Positions 8,320 through 16,532 of a stretch of DNA of 37,421 nt are shown piece after piece; the first letter of the stretch is position 1; each line of letters begins with the position of its first letter. The notes under the pieces were generated by a model. It was not told the origin of the DNA. It searched no databases and was given only the letters and a program-made list of their open reading frames with translations. The position numbers were made by a program, and so were the translations under genes. This stretch comes from an uncultured Clostridia bacterium (GTDB lineage: Bacteria; Bacillota; Clostridia; Christensenellales; CAG-138), in assembly GCA_937913075.1 (NCBI GenBank), contig CALEPU010000233.1:1-37421 (forward strand). Direction: 5' to 3'.

Positions 8320-8937
8320 TCACAATTTCCCTCGAAGCTCGACGACCTTGCCGAGAATCGTCACGGGGAGGTTTTTTACTTCATCGCAAGTATAAAACTG
8401 TGGTGCATAGTTGGCATTCAGTGAGATCAGAGTGACGCCCTTATCGTGCCACAAGACTTTTTTGCAGGTACCGGAATCACCGTTCACAAGCACGATCGCG
8501 ATCTCTCCGCTCTCCACCTGCTCCTGTTTCCGGACGATAACGACGTCACCTTCACAGATCCTCGGCTCCATGCTGTCCCCTTGTATCTGCAAGCCGAAGT
8601 ATTCCCCTTTCTTCTTCCATTCGAGAGGCAGCTCCTCCCAATCCAATATCTCCTCGACCGCATACAGAGGCAGCCCGGCAGCTACACGGCCCAAGACAGG
8701 GACGCGATAGGCGTGAGGATAATTATCAGGTACTCTTTGATCAGTTTCTCCGAGAAGATACTCAATAGAAACACCGAAATAATCAGCGATAGCCTTTATG
8801 GTAGATTTGTAAGGAATCGCACCGTGCCTCCAATGTGAAGCAGACGCGCCGCTCATTCCTATGTTTTTCGCCAATTTGTCAACAGATAGCCCGTTTTCCT
8901 TGCATAACAGTTCAACTCTTTGGAAGAAAATAGTCAT
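8320..8937 (-). CDS. CI/LexA-like repressor (XRE HTH + S24 autopeptidase)
   Basis: N-terminal HTH (LSVDKLAKNIGMSGASASHWRHG). C-terminal S24 domain with VPVLGRVAAG, GDSMEP and a downstream CKK. It lies 8 nt upstream of int on the same strand. Confidence 0.9.
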   Translation of the reverse strand: MTIFFQRVELLCKENGLSVDKLAKNIGMSGASASHWRHGAIPYKSTIKAIADYFGVSIEYLLGETDQRVPDNYPHAYRVPVLGRVAAGLPLYAVEEILDWEELPLEWKKKGEYFGLQIQGDSMEPRICEGDVVIVRKQEQVESGEIAIVLVNGDSGTCKKVLWHDKGVTLISLNANYAPQFYTCDEVKNLPVTILGKVVELRGKL

Positions 8938-8961
8938 AAAGCACCTCCGTTTAGATCTTCT

Positions 8962-9028
8962 GACTTAATACGACTTAACAATATATTTTTTCCATAGTAT
9001 TGACAGCTTAACAAGATTTAAGTAAAAT
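8962..9028. promoter_or_regulatory. Lysis/lysogeny switch region: early rightward promoter and candidate operators
   Basis: TTGACA (9000-9005), 17 nt, TAAAAT (9023-9028). The spacer contains inverted repeat CTTAA-caagat-TTAAG (9007-9022). GACTTAA occurs twice more at 8962-8968 and 8972-8978. The block is AT-rich. Confidence 0.45.
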
Positions 9029-9197
9029 AATCACGAAGAAACAAGAAGCAACAAACACACCACTGCAAAATCTTGTTTTCTTCCGCAGCTTGCTTTCGCT
9101 GTTATTTAGTTGGAGCAGTACTATGATACACCGAAAGTGAAGAAAAGTCAACAAGAATAAACAGAAAGGAGGTGAAAAGCTATTGGAGGAACGCTAT

Positions 9198-9347
9198 GTG
9201 ACAGTAAAGGAGGTCGCCGCTTATTACGGTGTAAAGCCCCAGACTGTTTGGAAGTGGATCCGCGAAGGCAAGATACCCGCCTATCGCATAGGCAAGGGCA
9301 GGAATTATCGCCTGAAGCTGAGCGAACTTCCGAAACAGGCCAGCTAA
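9198..9347 (+). CDS. Small HTH_17 (excisionase/MerR-like) DNA-binding protein; Cro-like or Xis-like
   Basis: Not in the ORF track. Hand translation gives VTVKEVAAYYGVKPQTVWKWIREGKIPAYRIGKGRNYRLKLSELPKQAS*. The GTG at 9198 follows GGAGGA. An in-frame TTG at 9183 after AGGAGG is an alternative start. Confidence 0.7.
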   Translation: MTVKEVAAYYGVKPQTVWKWIREGKIPAYRIGKGRNYRLKLSELPKQAS

Positions 9348-9436
9348 ACAAAAAAAGCCGCCCCGGCGAGGACGCGCACGGGAACGGCAGGCAAAAAACC
9401 CAAGGACATTTTAGCACACAAAAGGAGGTTGTGCAA

Positions 9437-9679
9437 ATGATTGAAGCAAAAATCCAAGGAACAGGCAACGACACGTACTCGACCGAAATACAAATGCGTG
9501 GGCACCCCGTATTTGTTGGACGAGAATATGTAAATCTTCTCATCACCTTAACGAGAGAGTTGGACAAGATAAAAGCCGGCTTTGGCGCAATCTGTTTTGA
9601 TATGGTGATAAGAAAACTCAATGATATATACGAAAAGGAGTTAAGTACAAATGGAAAAACAGATAACCGTACTCCATAA
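9437..9679 (+). CDS. Hypothetical early protein (80 aa)
   Basis: The ATG is preceded by AAAGGAGG. The upstream part of track ORF 9248-9679 overlaps the HTH gene and is discounted. Confidence 0.55.
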   Translation: MIEAKIQGTGNDTYSTEIQMRGHPVFVGREYVNLLITLTRELDKIKAGFGAICFDMVIRKLNDIYEKELSTNGKTDNRTP

Positions 9680-10019
9680 GGAACCCTACGAACCGCCCAG
9701 GGAGATCACGATCCCAAACGAGCTGGATATGTTCCAGATGTTTGTGAACGGCCCAATCCAGATAATCCCCGCCGTGACCTTCACCGGCAAGGATCGCCAT
9801 ATCGTGGTGGTCTGCGACGAGGAAGCGAAGCTCAAGGAGCGGAAGCCCGCTCCCAACCTGTTCCTCGGCAAGCCGCCCCGTTGGGACATAGTGCGCGGCC
9901 CCGTGGTGGTCTGCGCGGCAGACGATGAAGACCTCGACAGTCTCAACGAAGACGAGATCATGATCGCCGAAGCGTGGCTCCGGATGGTCGAGATCGTGAA
10001 TGGAGGCGCCAATGGATAA
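9651..10019 (+). CDS. Hypothetical early protein (DUF3846-like by recollection)
   Basis: AAGGAG RBS. The pattern EITIPNELDMFQMFVNGPIQII...VVVCDEEAKLK...FLG...GPVVVC resembles DUF3846. This is not verified. Confidence 0.55.
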   Translation: MEKQITVLHKEPYEPPREITIPNELDMFQMFVNGPIQIIPAVTFTGKDRHIVVVCDEEAKLKERKPAPNLFLGKPPRWDIVRGPVVVCAADDEDLDSLNEDEIMIAEAWLRMVEIVNGGANG

Positions 10020-10293
10020 CTGCTTACTTCCGCAGCGCTGCGAGCACTGCAAGTACACCGCCGAGCACACCGTACAGTATCGCGGGAAGCGCATCAAGCC
10101 CTACACCTACTACTGCACCGCCAACCGGCGCGTGAGGATCCTCGGCACCCGCTTTGATTGGGTCGGGGAGAGCACGAAGGACTGCCCGAAGAGAAAGGAG
10201 GCTGCAGATGGAAGCGAGACCGAACGAGTACGCGATGGACGAGCTGATCCGCTCGATGCAGGTCACACTGATCAAGCTGCAAAAGGCCAATGA
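10012..10293 (+). CDS. Hypothetical Cys-rich small protein
   Basis: GGAGG RBS, 5 nt, then ATG. Contains CEHC...YYC...DCP. The 3' 85 nt overlap the next gene and encode a low-complexity tail. Confidence 0.4.
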   Translation: MDNCLLPQRCEHCKYTAEHTVQYRGKRIKPYTYYCTANRRVRILGTRFDWVGESTKDCPKRKEAADGSETERVRDGRADPLDAGHTDQAAKGQ

Positions 10294-10552
10294 TGAGTGG
10301 GCGCGCCGCCGATGGTCGCAGAATGCGGCTGTCGCATGGACGGAGCAGTACGGCGAAATAGTCACCAAGACGACCGCCGCGAAGATCCTCGGATGCTCGC
10401 CGACGACCGTGTACAAGCTCATCGAGGAAAAGCAGATCAAGACGGCCCCGGACGGTCGAGTGCTGGTACGCTCCATGGCTGAGTGGGCGAGCTGCCAATC
10501 CCCGAACCGGAAAGCCAAAGTGCAGAAAGGAGCCGCAAGTGGCAAAGCTTAA
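10208..10552 (+). CDS. HTH DNA-binding protein (excisionase-like HTH_17 in the C-terminal half)
   Basis: AAAGGAGG RBS. TTAAKILGCSPTTVYKLIEEKQIKTAPDGRVLVRSMAEW. Confidence 0.6.
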   Translation: MEARPNEYAMDELIRSMQVTLIKLQKANDEWARRRWSQNAAVAWTEQYGEIVTKTTAAKILGCSPTTVYKLIEEKQIKTAPDGRVLVRSMAEWASCQSPNRKAKVQKGAASGKA

Positions 10553-10784
10553 AAAGGCGCTCAAGGCGCTGATCCCGTACATTATCGCCCTGATCGTGGG
10601 GCTTATCCTCATGTGGATATGCACTCCCTACGCAAAAGCGCACCGTGCAGATCCCACTCTCACAGGCGGTGAAGTCTGCCTCCCCCTTCTGACGGTCGCA
10701 GCCGTCGCACTTATCAAGCACCTTCCGCGAGAGATCAGAGAGCTGAACCACCTCGCGAACGAAACCGACGAAGATGATTATTGA
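10539..10784 (+). CDS. Small membrane protein
   Basis: GTG start after GAAAGGAG. Two hydrophobic segments (IPYIIALIVGLILMWI and CLPLLTVAAVALI) and an acidic tail. Confidence 0.5.
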   Translation: MAKLKKALKALIPYIIALIVGLILMWICTPYAKAHRADPTLTGGEVCLPLLTVAAVALIKHLPREIRELNHLANETDEDDY

Positions 10785-10799
10785 AAGGAGTATTTTTCT

Positions 10800-11459
10800 A
10801 TGAACAAGAAAATTTGGACCCCCGAAGAAAAGAACCGCTTCCGCGAGATGTGCCTCGACGGAGCGAGCAACAAGGAGCTTGCCAACGCCTTCAACGTCAC
10901 GCTTGCCTCCGTGCACCACAAGAGGAGCGCATGGGGCCTCACTATGGAGAAGTGCGCTGCCATGAAGGCCGCAGCAGGCGCAAAGCCCATCGACGACATT
11001 CCCAGCCCCGTGAAGCCCATCTACGCCGAGCGCGGTATGCCTGCAGAGGAGAACGCCGCCGAAGCGCAGGAGAAGACCATCACGATCGACGCGCAGGCAT
11101 TCTTTGCCCTGGCGCAGGAGCTCAGCGAGAACGCTGAGGCTATGGAGAAGCTGAAGACCGATAACCTTGAGCTGAAGACGCAGCTCCTCAATCAGTCGCA
11201 GCTCATAGCCAAGCTGCAGGAGTACGTCGAAGGTCTTCAGGGGCAGACGGCAAAGCACCAGAAGTATATCTCCGGCATCAAAGAGGAAATGGGTCCTATG
11301 TCGGCTATAGCGACGTTCCTCATGGAGGAGGATACCCACAAGTGCCACTATATGGGGCGCAGCGGTCTGTATCGTCTGTTCCACCGCTATGAGCCCCTCT
11401 GCAGGTGCCGCCATAAGGAAGCCGCAAAGAAGGAGGCCAAGAATGCCGGTAACAATTAA
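10800..11459 (+). CDS. Hypothetical protein with an N-terminal Myb/SANT-like HTH and a coiled coil
   Basis: WTPEEKNRFREMCLDGASNKELANAFNVTLASVHHKRSAWGL, then heptad-rich KLKTDNLELKTQLLNQSQLIAKLQEYV. Confidence 0.6.
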   Translation: MNKKIWTPEEKNRFREMCLDGASNKELANAFNVTLASVHHKRSAWGLTMEKCAAMKAAAGAKPIDDIPSPVKPIYAERGMPAEENAAEAQEKTITIDAQAFFALAQELSENAEAMEKLKTDNLELKTQLLNQSQLIAKLQEYVEGLQGQTAKHQKYISGIKEEMGPMSAIATFLMEEDTHKCHYMGRSGLYRLFHRYEPLCRCRHKEAAKKEAKNAGNN

Positions 11460-12732
11460 CACTCTTGAGATCGAGAACGTCAAGCGCGTGAAGGCGGTCG
11501 CTCTGACGCCTTCGCCCACCGGCTTGACGATCATCGGCGGAAAGAACGGCGCCGGGAAGACGACCGTACTGGACGCTATCGTCTGGGCGCTCGGAGGAGA
11601 CCGCTACAAGCCCTCAGAGGCCGCCCGTGAGGGCTCAATGACGCCGCCCCATATCAAGCTTACCCTCTCCAACGGGCTCACCGTGGAGCGCAAGGGAAAG
11701 AATGCTGCACTCACCGTCACCGATCCCACAGGGAAGCGTGCCGGGCAGCAGCTCCTCAATGAGTTCATCAGCATATTCGCGCTCGACCTCCCCCGCTTCA
11801 TGCAGGCGACGGCGAAGGAGAAAGCGGACACCCTCCTTCAGATCCTCGGCATAGAGCCGCAGCTGAAGAAGCTCGACGACGAGATCAGCCGCGCATATAC
11901 GCAGAGGACGGCCATCGGTCAGATCCGCGATCAGAAGCAGGCTTATGCGAACGAGCTGCCGGAATATCCGGGAGTTCCGGAAGAGGAGATCTCCGTACAG
12001 GAGCTTCTCGCCCGGCATGGCGAGATCCTCCGCCGGAACGCCGAGAACAAGCGCGCACGGGACGAGCTCGCCAATATGAAAGAGCGTCATGCTCTCATTC
12101 TGCAGCAGATCATAGACGTCACGAACAGTCTCAACGCGCTCATCGAGAAGCGCGACGCCCTCGGAAACGCCATCACGGCCGCCGAGAGGGACGCGAAAAC
12201 GCTCCATGACGAGAGCACCGAGGAGATCGAGGAGAACCTCCGCGACGTCGAGACGACCAATGCGAAGATCCGCGCAAACCTCACGAAGGAGCACGCGCTG
12301 GAAGCCGCAAAGGCTGAAACGGAGAAGTACAGAGAACTGACCAAGTACATCGACGAAAAGCGCTGTGAGCGTCTGGATTTGCTCGAAGGCGCGAACCTTC
12401 CCCTTCCGGAGCTGACCGTCGAGGATGGCGAGCTCAAGTATAAGGGTCATTCATGGGACTGCATGAGCGGCTCGGAGCAGTTGCGTGTGGCGGCTGCCAT
12501 CGTCCGCCGGCTTAATCCCGCCTGCGGCTTTGTGCTGCTCGATAAACTTGAGCAGATGGACATCGATACTCTCACGGAGTTCGGCGTCTGGCTTGAGCAG
12601 GAAGGCCTTCAGGCGATCGCTACCCGCGTATCGACCGGCGCCGAGTGCTCAGTGATAATAACAGATGGACACCTCGAATCTTCTGATTCCGAAGATGAAA
12701 CAACTCCCCAATGGAAAGCAGGTGTTTTCTAA
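11443..12732 (+). CDS. SMC/Rad50/SbcC-like AAA ATPase (AAA_23-type) of the recombination module
   Basis: ATG after AAGGAGG. Walker [11 protein letters not shown], a long coiled-coil centre, an ABC-like signature SGSEQ, and Walker [12 protein letters not shown]. Confidence 0.85.
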   Translation: MPVTINTLEIENVKRVKAVALTPSPTGLTIIGGKNGAGKTTVLDAIVWALGGDRYKPSEAAREGSMTPPHIKLTLSNGLTVERKGKNAALTVTDPTGKRAGQQLLNEFISIFALDLPRFMQATAKEKADTLLQILGIEPQLKKLDDEISRAYTQRTAIGQIRDQKQAYANELPEYPGVPEEEISVQELLARHGEILRRNAENKRARDELANMKERHALILQQIIDVTNSLNALIEKRDALGNAITAAERDAKTLHDESTEEIEENLRDVETTNAKIRANLTKEHALEAAKAETEKYRELTKYIDEKRCERLDLLEGANLPLPELTVEDGELKYKGHSWDCMSGSEQLRVAAAIVRRLNPACGFVLLDKLEQMDIDTLTEFGVWLEQEGLQAIATRVSTGAECSVIITDGHLESSDSEDETTPQWKAGVF

Positions 12733-13277
12733 TGGGCAATTTGGTTGATTTGACCGGGAGGCGCTTTGGCCGCCTGGTTGTTGATAAGCATATCGGATCC
12801 CAGTATGGTCATTCACTTTGGCTTTGCACCTGTGATTGTGGGAAGCAAAAAAAGGCCATTTCCTCCGATCTTCAATCCGGTAAAGTCTCGAGCTGTGGGT
12901 GCCTGCATAAGGAATTGGCAGCTCAAAGAAGCAAAACTGCCGGGGCGAAGCGAGGCGAGCAACTTCTCAAACACGGAGGCGCTGCCGAAAGGTTATATCA
13001 CATCTGGAAAAGCATTCGGCAGCGCTGCAACAATCCCCGAAATGCCGACTACAAAAACTATGGAGGCCGGGGAATAAGCATCTGTAAGCAATGGGACGAC
13101 TACAACAATTTCCGCACATGGGCTTATGCCCACGGATACAGAGAAGATCTTCCTGCTTCAGAATGCTCCATCGACCGTATCGACAATGATGGGGATTACT
13201 GCCCTGAAAATTGTCGATGGGCGGACATGATAACACAGGCCAATAATCGAAGGCCAAGGAGGAAACAATGCAGCTGA
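12732..13277 (+). CDS. Zn-ribbon plus degenerate HNH_3-like DNA-binding protein
   Basis: TAATG overlap with the upstream gene. [11 protein letters not shown]...WLCTCDCG...SCGC, then [15 protein letters not shown] and [27 protein letters not shown]. This is the HNH_3 pattern with Arg in place of the first His. Confidence 0.65.
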   Translation: MGNLVDLTGRRFGRLVVDKHIGSQYGHSLWLCTCDCGKQKKAISSDLQSGKVSSCGCLHKELAAQRSKTAGAKRGEQLLKHGGAAERLYHIWKSIRQRCNNPRNADYKNYGGRGISICKQWDDYNNFRTWAYAHGYREDLPASECSIDRIDNDGDYCPENCRWADMITQANNRRPRRKQCS

Positions 13278-14389
13278 TTAAAGGCAAAATCAAAACCGCG
13301 ATAAAGACCATCATCTATGGCGTTGAAGGCATAGGAAAGTCAACTTTCGCGGCACAGTTTCCGGATCCCGTTTTCATTGATACAGAGGGCAGCACCTCCC
13401 ACATGGATATAACGAGGATCCCTACTCCGAAAAGCTTCTCAGAGCTTCTCGAGGACATCGACTACTTTATCCGGCACCCTTCAGAACTGAGCACGCTTGT
13501 TATCGATACCGCAGATTGGGCCGAGAAGCTCGCTATCAAAAAGATCTGCGATAAAAACAGCGTTGACGGAATCGAAGGAATCCCCTATGGACGCGGCTAT
13601 ATGTACGTCTTTGAAGACATGGGGCGAATGCTCAACAAGCTTCAGGAGCTTTGTGATAAAGGCGTCAACATTGTATTGACGTCTCATGCAACGATACGCA
13701 CGTTCACGCCTCCGGAAAGCGATCAGAACGCCTACGACCGGTGGGAGATGAAGCTACTTGCTTCAAAAAACTGCGATTCTCCCCGGATGCTCAAGGAATG
13801 GGCCGACCTCGTTCTGTTTGCAAATTGGAAGACGATCACCGTCAAGGACGCAAACAAGAAGACGAAAGCCCACGGCGGCACCGAGCGCGTTATGTACACG
13901 CAGCACCGTGTTGCATGGGACGCCAAGAACCGCTTTGATCTTCCGGAAGAGCTCCCCTTCAGCTTCTCGGCTATCGCGCATCTTTTCACGGAAGACGCAC
14001 GTTCGCAGAATGCGCCTAAAACCCCGCCGCCGAAGGTCGAGGCGGACAATGTATCGACCGAAGAACGCGAGCCCGTCAACCCCCCGGAAAACCCGCCTGT
14101 TTTGGAAAATAAAACGACGTCAGCGCCGGGGTATGAAGCTTTCGAGGACGAGCCGCATCTTCCCTCTGAATTGGTGAGCCTCTTCAAGGTCAGCGAGGTG
14201 CACGCGCACGAGCTGCGCCTGGTTGTCACCGAGAAGGGTTTCTTCCCCAATGACATGATGGCGTCGGACTATCCGCGCGAGTTCATCGACGAGTGGGTCA
14301 TTCCCTGCTGGGATAAGATCCTCGGCAGGATCAAGGAGCTGCGGCTCGAAAACCCGTTCCTCAACAGCGACGTACAATTACCGTTTTAA
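13268..14389 (+). CDS. Sak4-like RecA-fold ATPase (AAA_24)
   Basis: AAGGAGG RBS. Walker [11 protein letters not shown], Walker B TLVIDT, then VLTSHA. Pro-rich linker and C-terminal extension. Confidence 0.85.
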   Translation: MQLIKGKIKTAIKTIIYGVEGIGKSTFAAQFPDPVFIDTEGSTSHMDITRIPTPKSFSELLEDIDYFIRHPSELSTLVIDTADWAEKLAIKKICDKNSVDGIEGIPYGRGYMYVFEDMGRMLNKLQELCDKGVNIVLTSHATIRTFTPPESDQNAYDRWEMKLLASKNCDSPRMLKEWADLVLFANWKTITVKDANKKTKAHGGTERVMYTQHRVAWDAKNRFDLPEELPFSFSAIAHLFTEDARSQNAPKTPPPKVEADNVSTEEREPVNPPENPPVLENKTTSAPGYEAFEDEPHLPSELVSLFKVSEVHAHELRLVVTEKGFFPNDMMASDYPREFIDEWVIPCWDKILGRIKELRLENPFLNSDVQLPF

Positions 14390-14405
14390 CGAAAGGAGAC
14401 CATAA

Positions 14406-14885
14406 ATGGAAGAACAGAGAAGGTTTGATTGGGACGACACAATCGAAAACGAGGAAGGGCAATTTACGATATTCGAGCCCGGTATCTACAAGTTCACCGT
14501 CACAAAGTTCGAACGTACCCGCTATCCGGGCGGCGAGAAGATCCCCGCCTGTAACTGTGCAGACCTCGAACTGGAGATCACCGACGAGATCGGGCGCACC
14601 ACCACCGTATTGGAACGCCTGTTCCTCATAGAAAAGATGGAGTGGAAGCTCTGCCAGTTCTTTACCTCCGTCGGGCTCCGCAAAAAGGGCGAGAAATTCC
14701 GGATGCAGTTCGACAAGATCCTCGGGCGCTCCGGCATGGCAAAGGTCATCGTGAACCGTTACAAGAACAAGCAGACCGGCGCCGACCGTGAGAATAACAA
14801 GATAGATACCTACCTCGACCCTGAGGAGCATCCGATACCCGCACCGAAGCCGGCGCAGAACAGTTGGACAGCCGGGAAGTGGTAA
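14406..14885 (+). CDS. DUF669-family protein (SSB-like partner of AAA_24 modules)
   Basis: AAAGGAG RBS. Its position between AAA_24 and the helicase, and the pattern FEPGIYKFTVTKFE...GMAKVIV, fit DUF669 as I recall it. Confidence 0.65.
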   Translation: MEEQRRFDWDDTIENEEGQFTIFEPGIYKFTVTKFERTRYPGGEKIPACNCADLELEITDEIGRTTTVLERLFLIEKMEWKLCQFFTSVGLRKKGEKFRMQFDKILGRSGMAKVIVNRYKNKQTGADRENNKIDTYLDPEEHPIPAPKPAQNSWTAGKW

Positions 14886-14888
14886 GCC

Positions 14889-16532
14889 ATGAAGATGCAG
14901 CTAAGACCGTACCAGGAAGAGGCGAGGGCTGCCATCCATGCCGAATGGGAGAAGGGGCACCGTCGGACGCTGCTCGTTCTCCCGACCGGCTCCGGAAAGA
15001 CCATCGTCTTTTCCGCGCTTGCCGAGGACAAGGTTCGCAAAGGCGACCGCGTCCTGATCCTGGCGCACCGTGGCGAGCTTTTAGATCAGGCGTCGGATAA
15101 GCTCCTGAAGGCGACCGGGCTCAGGGCTTCGCTGGAGAAGGCGGAGGCGTCCTGCCTCGGCACCTGGGAACGTGTGACGGTGGGCTCCGTTCAATCGCTC
15201 ATGCGACCGAACAGGCTGGAGCGCTTCCGGAAGGACTACTTCAAGACCATCATCATCGACGAGGCGCATCACGCGCTCTCAGAGGGCTATCAGCGGGTGC
15301 TTGAACACTTTGACGGTGCGGAAGTCCTCGGCGTCACGGCAACGCCTGACAGGGGCGATATGCGCGACCTGGGACAGTTTTTCGACAGTCTCGCTTATGA
15401 ATACACCCTGCCGCGCGCCATCAAAGAGGGCTACCTCTGCCCGATCAGAGCAATGACGATTCCGCTGAAGCTCGATCTTTCCGGCGTCAGCATCCAGAAC
15501 GGCGACTTCCGGGCCGCAGAGGTCGGCTTCGCGCTCGATCCCTATCTCGAGCAGATCGCCGCCGAGATGGAGAAGATCTGCAGGGGGCGGAAAACCGTTG
15601 TATTCCTGCCGCTGATCAAGACGAGCCAGAAGTTTCGGGACATCCTCGAAGCGCACGGCTTCAGGGCGGCAGAGGTCAACGGTCAAAGCCCGGACCGTGA
15701 GAGGATCCTCCGTGAGTTTGACGAGGGCTGCTACGACGTGCTTTGTAATTCAATGCTGCTCACAGAGGGGTGGGACTGCCCGACGGTCGATTGTATCGTC
15801 GTGCTCCGTCCGACGAAGCTCAGGGGCCTCTATTGCCAGATGATAGGCCGAGGGACGCGCATAGCTCCCGGCAAGGATCATCTCCTGCTTTTGGACTTCC
15901 TCTGGCTGACCGAGCGCCATGAGCTCTGCCGCCCCGCGTGCCTTATCGCAGAGACCGCAGAAGTCGCGCAGCAGATGACAAAAAACCTCGAAGGCGCGAA
16001 CGTGGACGGCGTGGATATCGTCGAAGCCGAAGAGCAGGCAGAGAGCGACGTCGTCGCCCAGCGCGAGGAAGCCCTGGCAAAGCAGCTCTATGAAATGCGG
16101 CGCCGGAAGCGTAAGCTCGTGGATCCCCTGCAGTTCGAGATGAGCATTCATGCTCCGGAGATGAGCGACTACGTTCCCGCCTTCGGGTGGGAGAGCGAAG
16201 CCGTCAAGCAGGAGCAGAAAGCAGCGCTCGAAAAGCTCGGTATTTTTGCCGATGAGATCGAGAGCGCAGGCAAGGCTCAGCAGCTCCTTGATAAGCTCCA
16301 TTCCCGCATGGACGAAGGGCTCACTACCCCGAAGCAGATCCGCTTCCTTGAGAGCAGGGGCTTCCATGACGTGGGGCAATGGAGCTTCAACGCCGCAAAA
16401 ATGCTTATCGACAGGATCGCCGGTAATGGATGGATGGTCCCGCGCAGCATAAACCCCGCAACATACACTCCTAAAGGAGCTCAATTATGGCCGATACTTA
16501 CTACGACATCCCAACCGTTCTTTCCGCGATAG
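14889..16532 (+). CDS. Superfamily-2 DNA helicase (DEAD/DEAH, ResIII-type)
   Basis: Motif I LPTGSGKT, motif II DEAHH, motif III TATP, motif VI QMIGRGTR. Confidence 0.9.
   Translation: MKMQLRPYQEEARAAIHAEWEKGHRRTLLVLPTGSGKTIVFSALAEDKVRKGDRVLILAHRGELLDQASDKLLKATGLRASLEKAEASCLGTWERVTVGSVQSLMRPNRLERFRKDYFKTIIIDEAHHALSEGYQRVLEHFDGAEVLGVTATPDRGDMRDLGQFFDSLAYEYTLPRAIKEGYLCPIRAMTIPLKLDLSGVSIQNGDFRAAEVGFALDPYLEQIAAEMEKICRGRKTVVFLPLIKTSQKFRDILEAHGFRAAEVNGQSPDRERILREFDEGCYDVLCNSMLLTEGWDCPTVDCIVVLRPTKLRGLYCQMIGRGTRIAPGKDHLLLLDFLWLTERHELCRPACLIAETAEVAQQMTKNLEGANVDGVDIVEAEEQAESDVVAQREEALAKQLYEMRRRKRKLVDPLQFEMSIHAPEMSDYVPAFGWESEAVKQEQKAALEKLGIFADEIESAGKAQQLLDKLHSRMDEGLTTPKQIRFLESRGFHDVGQWSFNAAKMLIDRIAGNGWMVPRSINPATYTPKGAQLWPILTTTSQPFFPR

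Noticed and set aside
11443-12732. The SMC-like ATPase as part of a Lamassu/Gabija-type defence system.
   Set aside because: It sits in the conserved phage recombination/replication block (AAA_23, AAA_24, DUF669, helicase, primase), co-oriented and translationally coupled. No nuclease effector partner is evident. A recombination role is the simpler reading.
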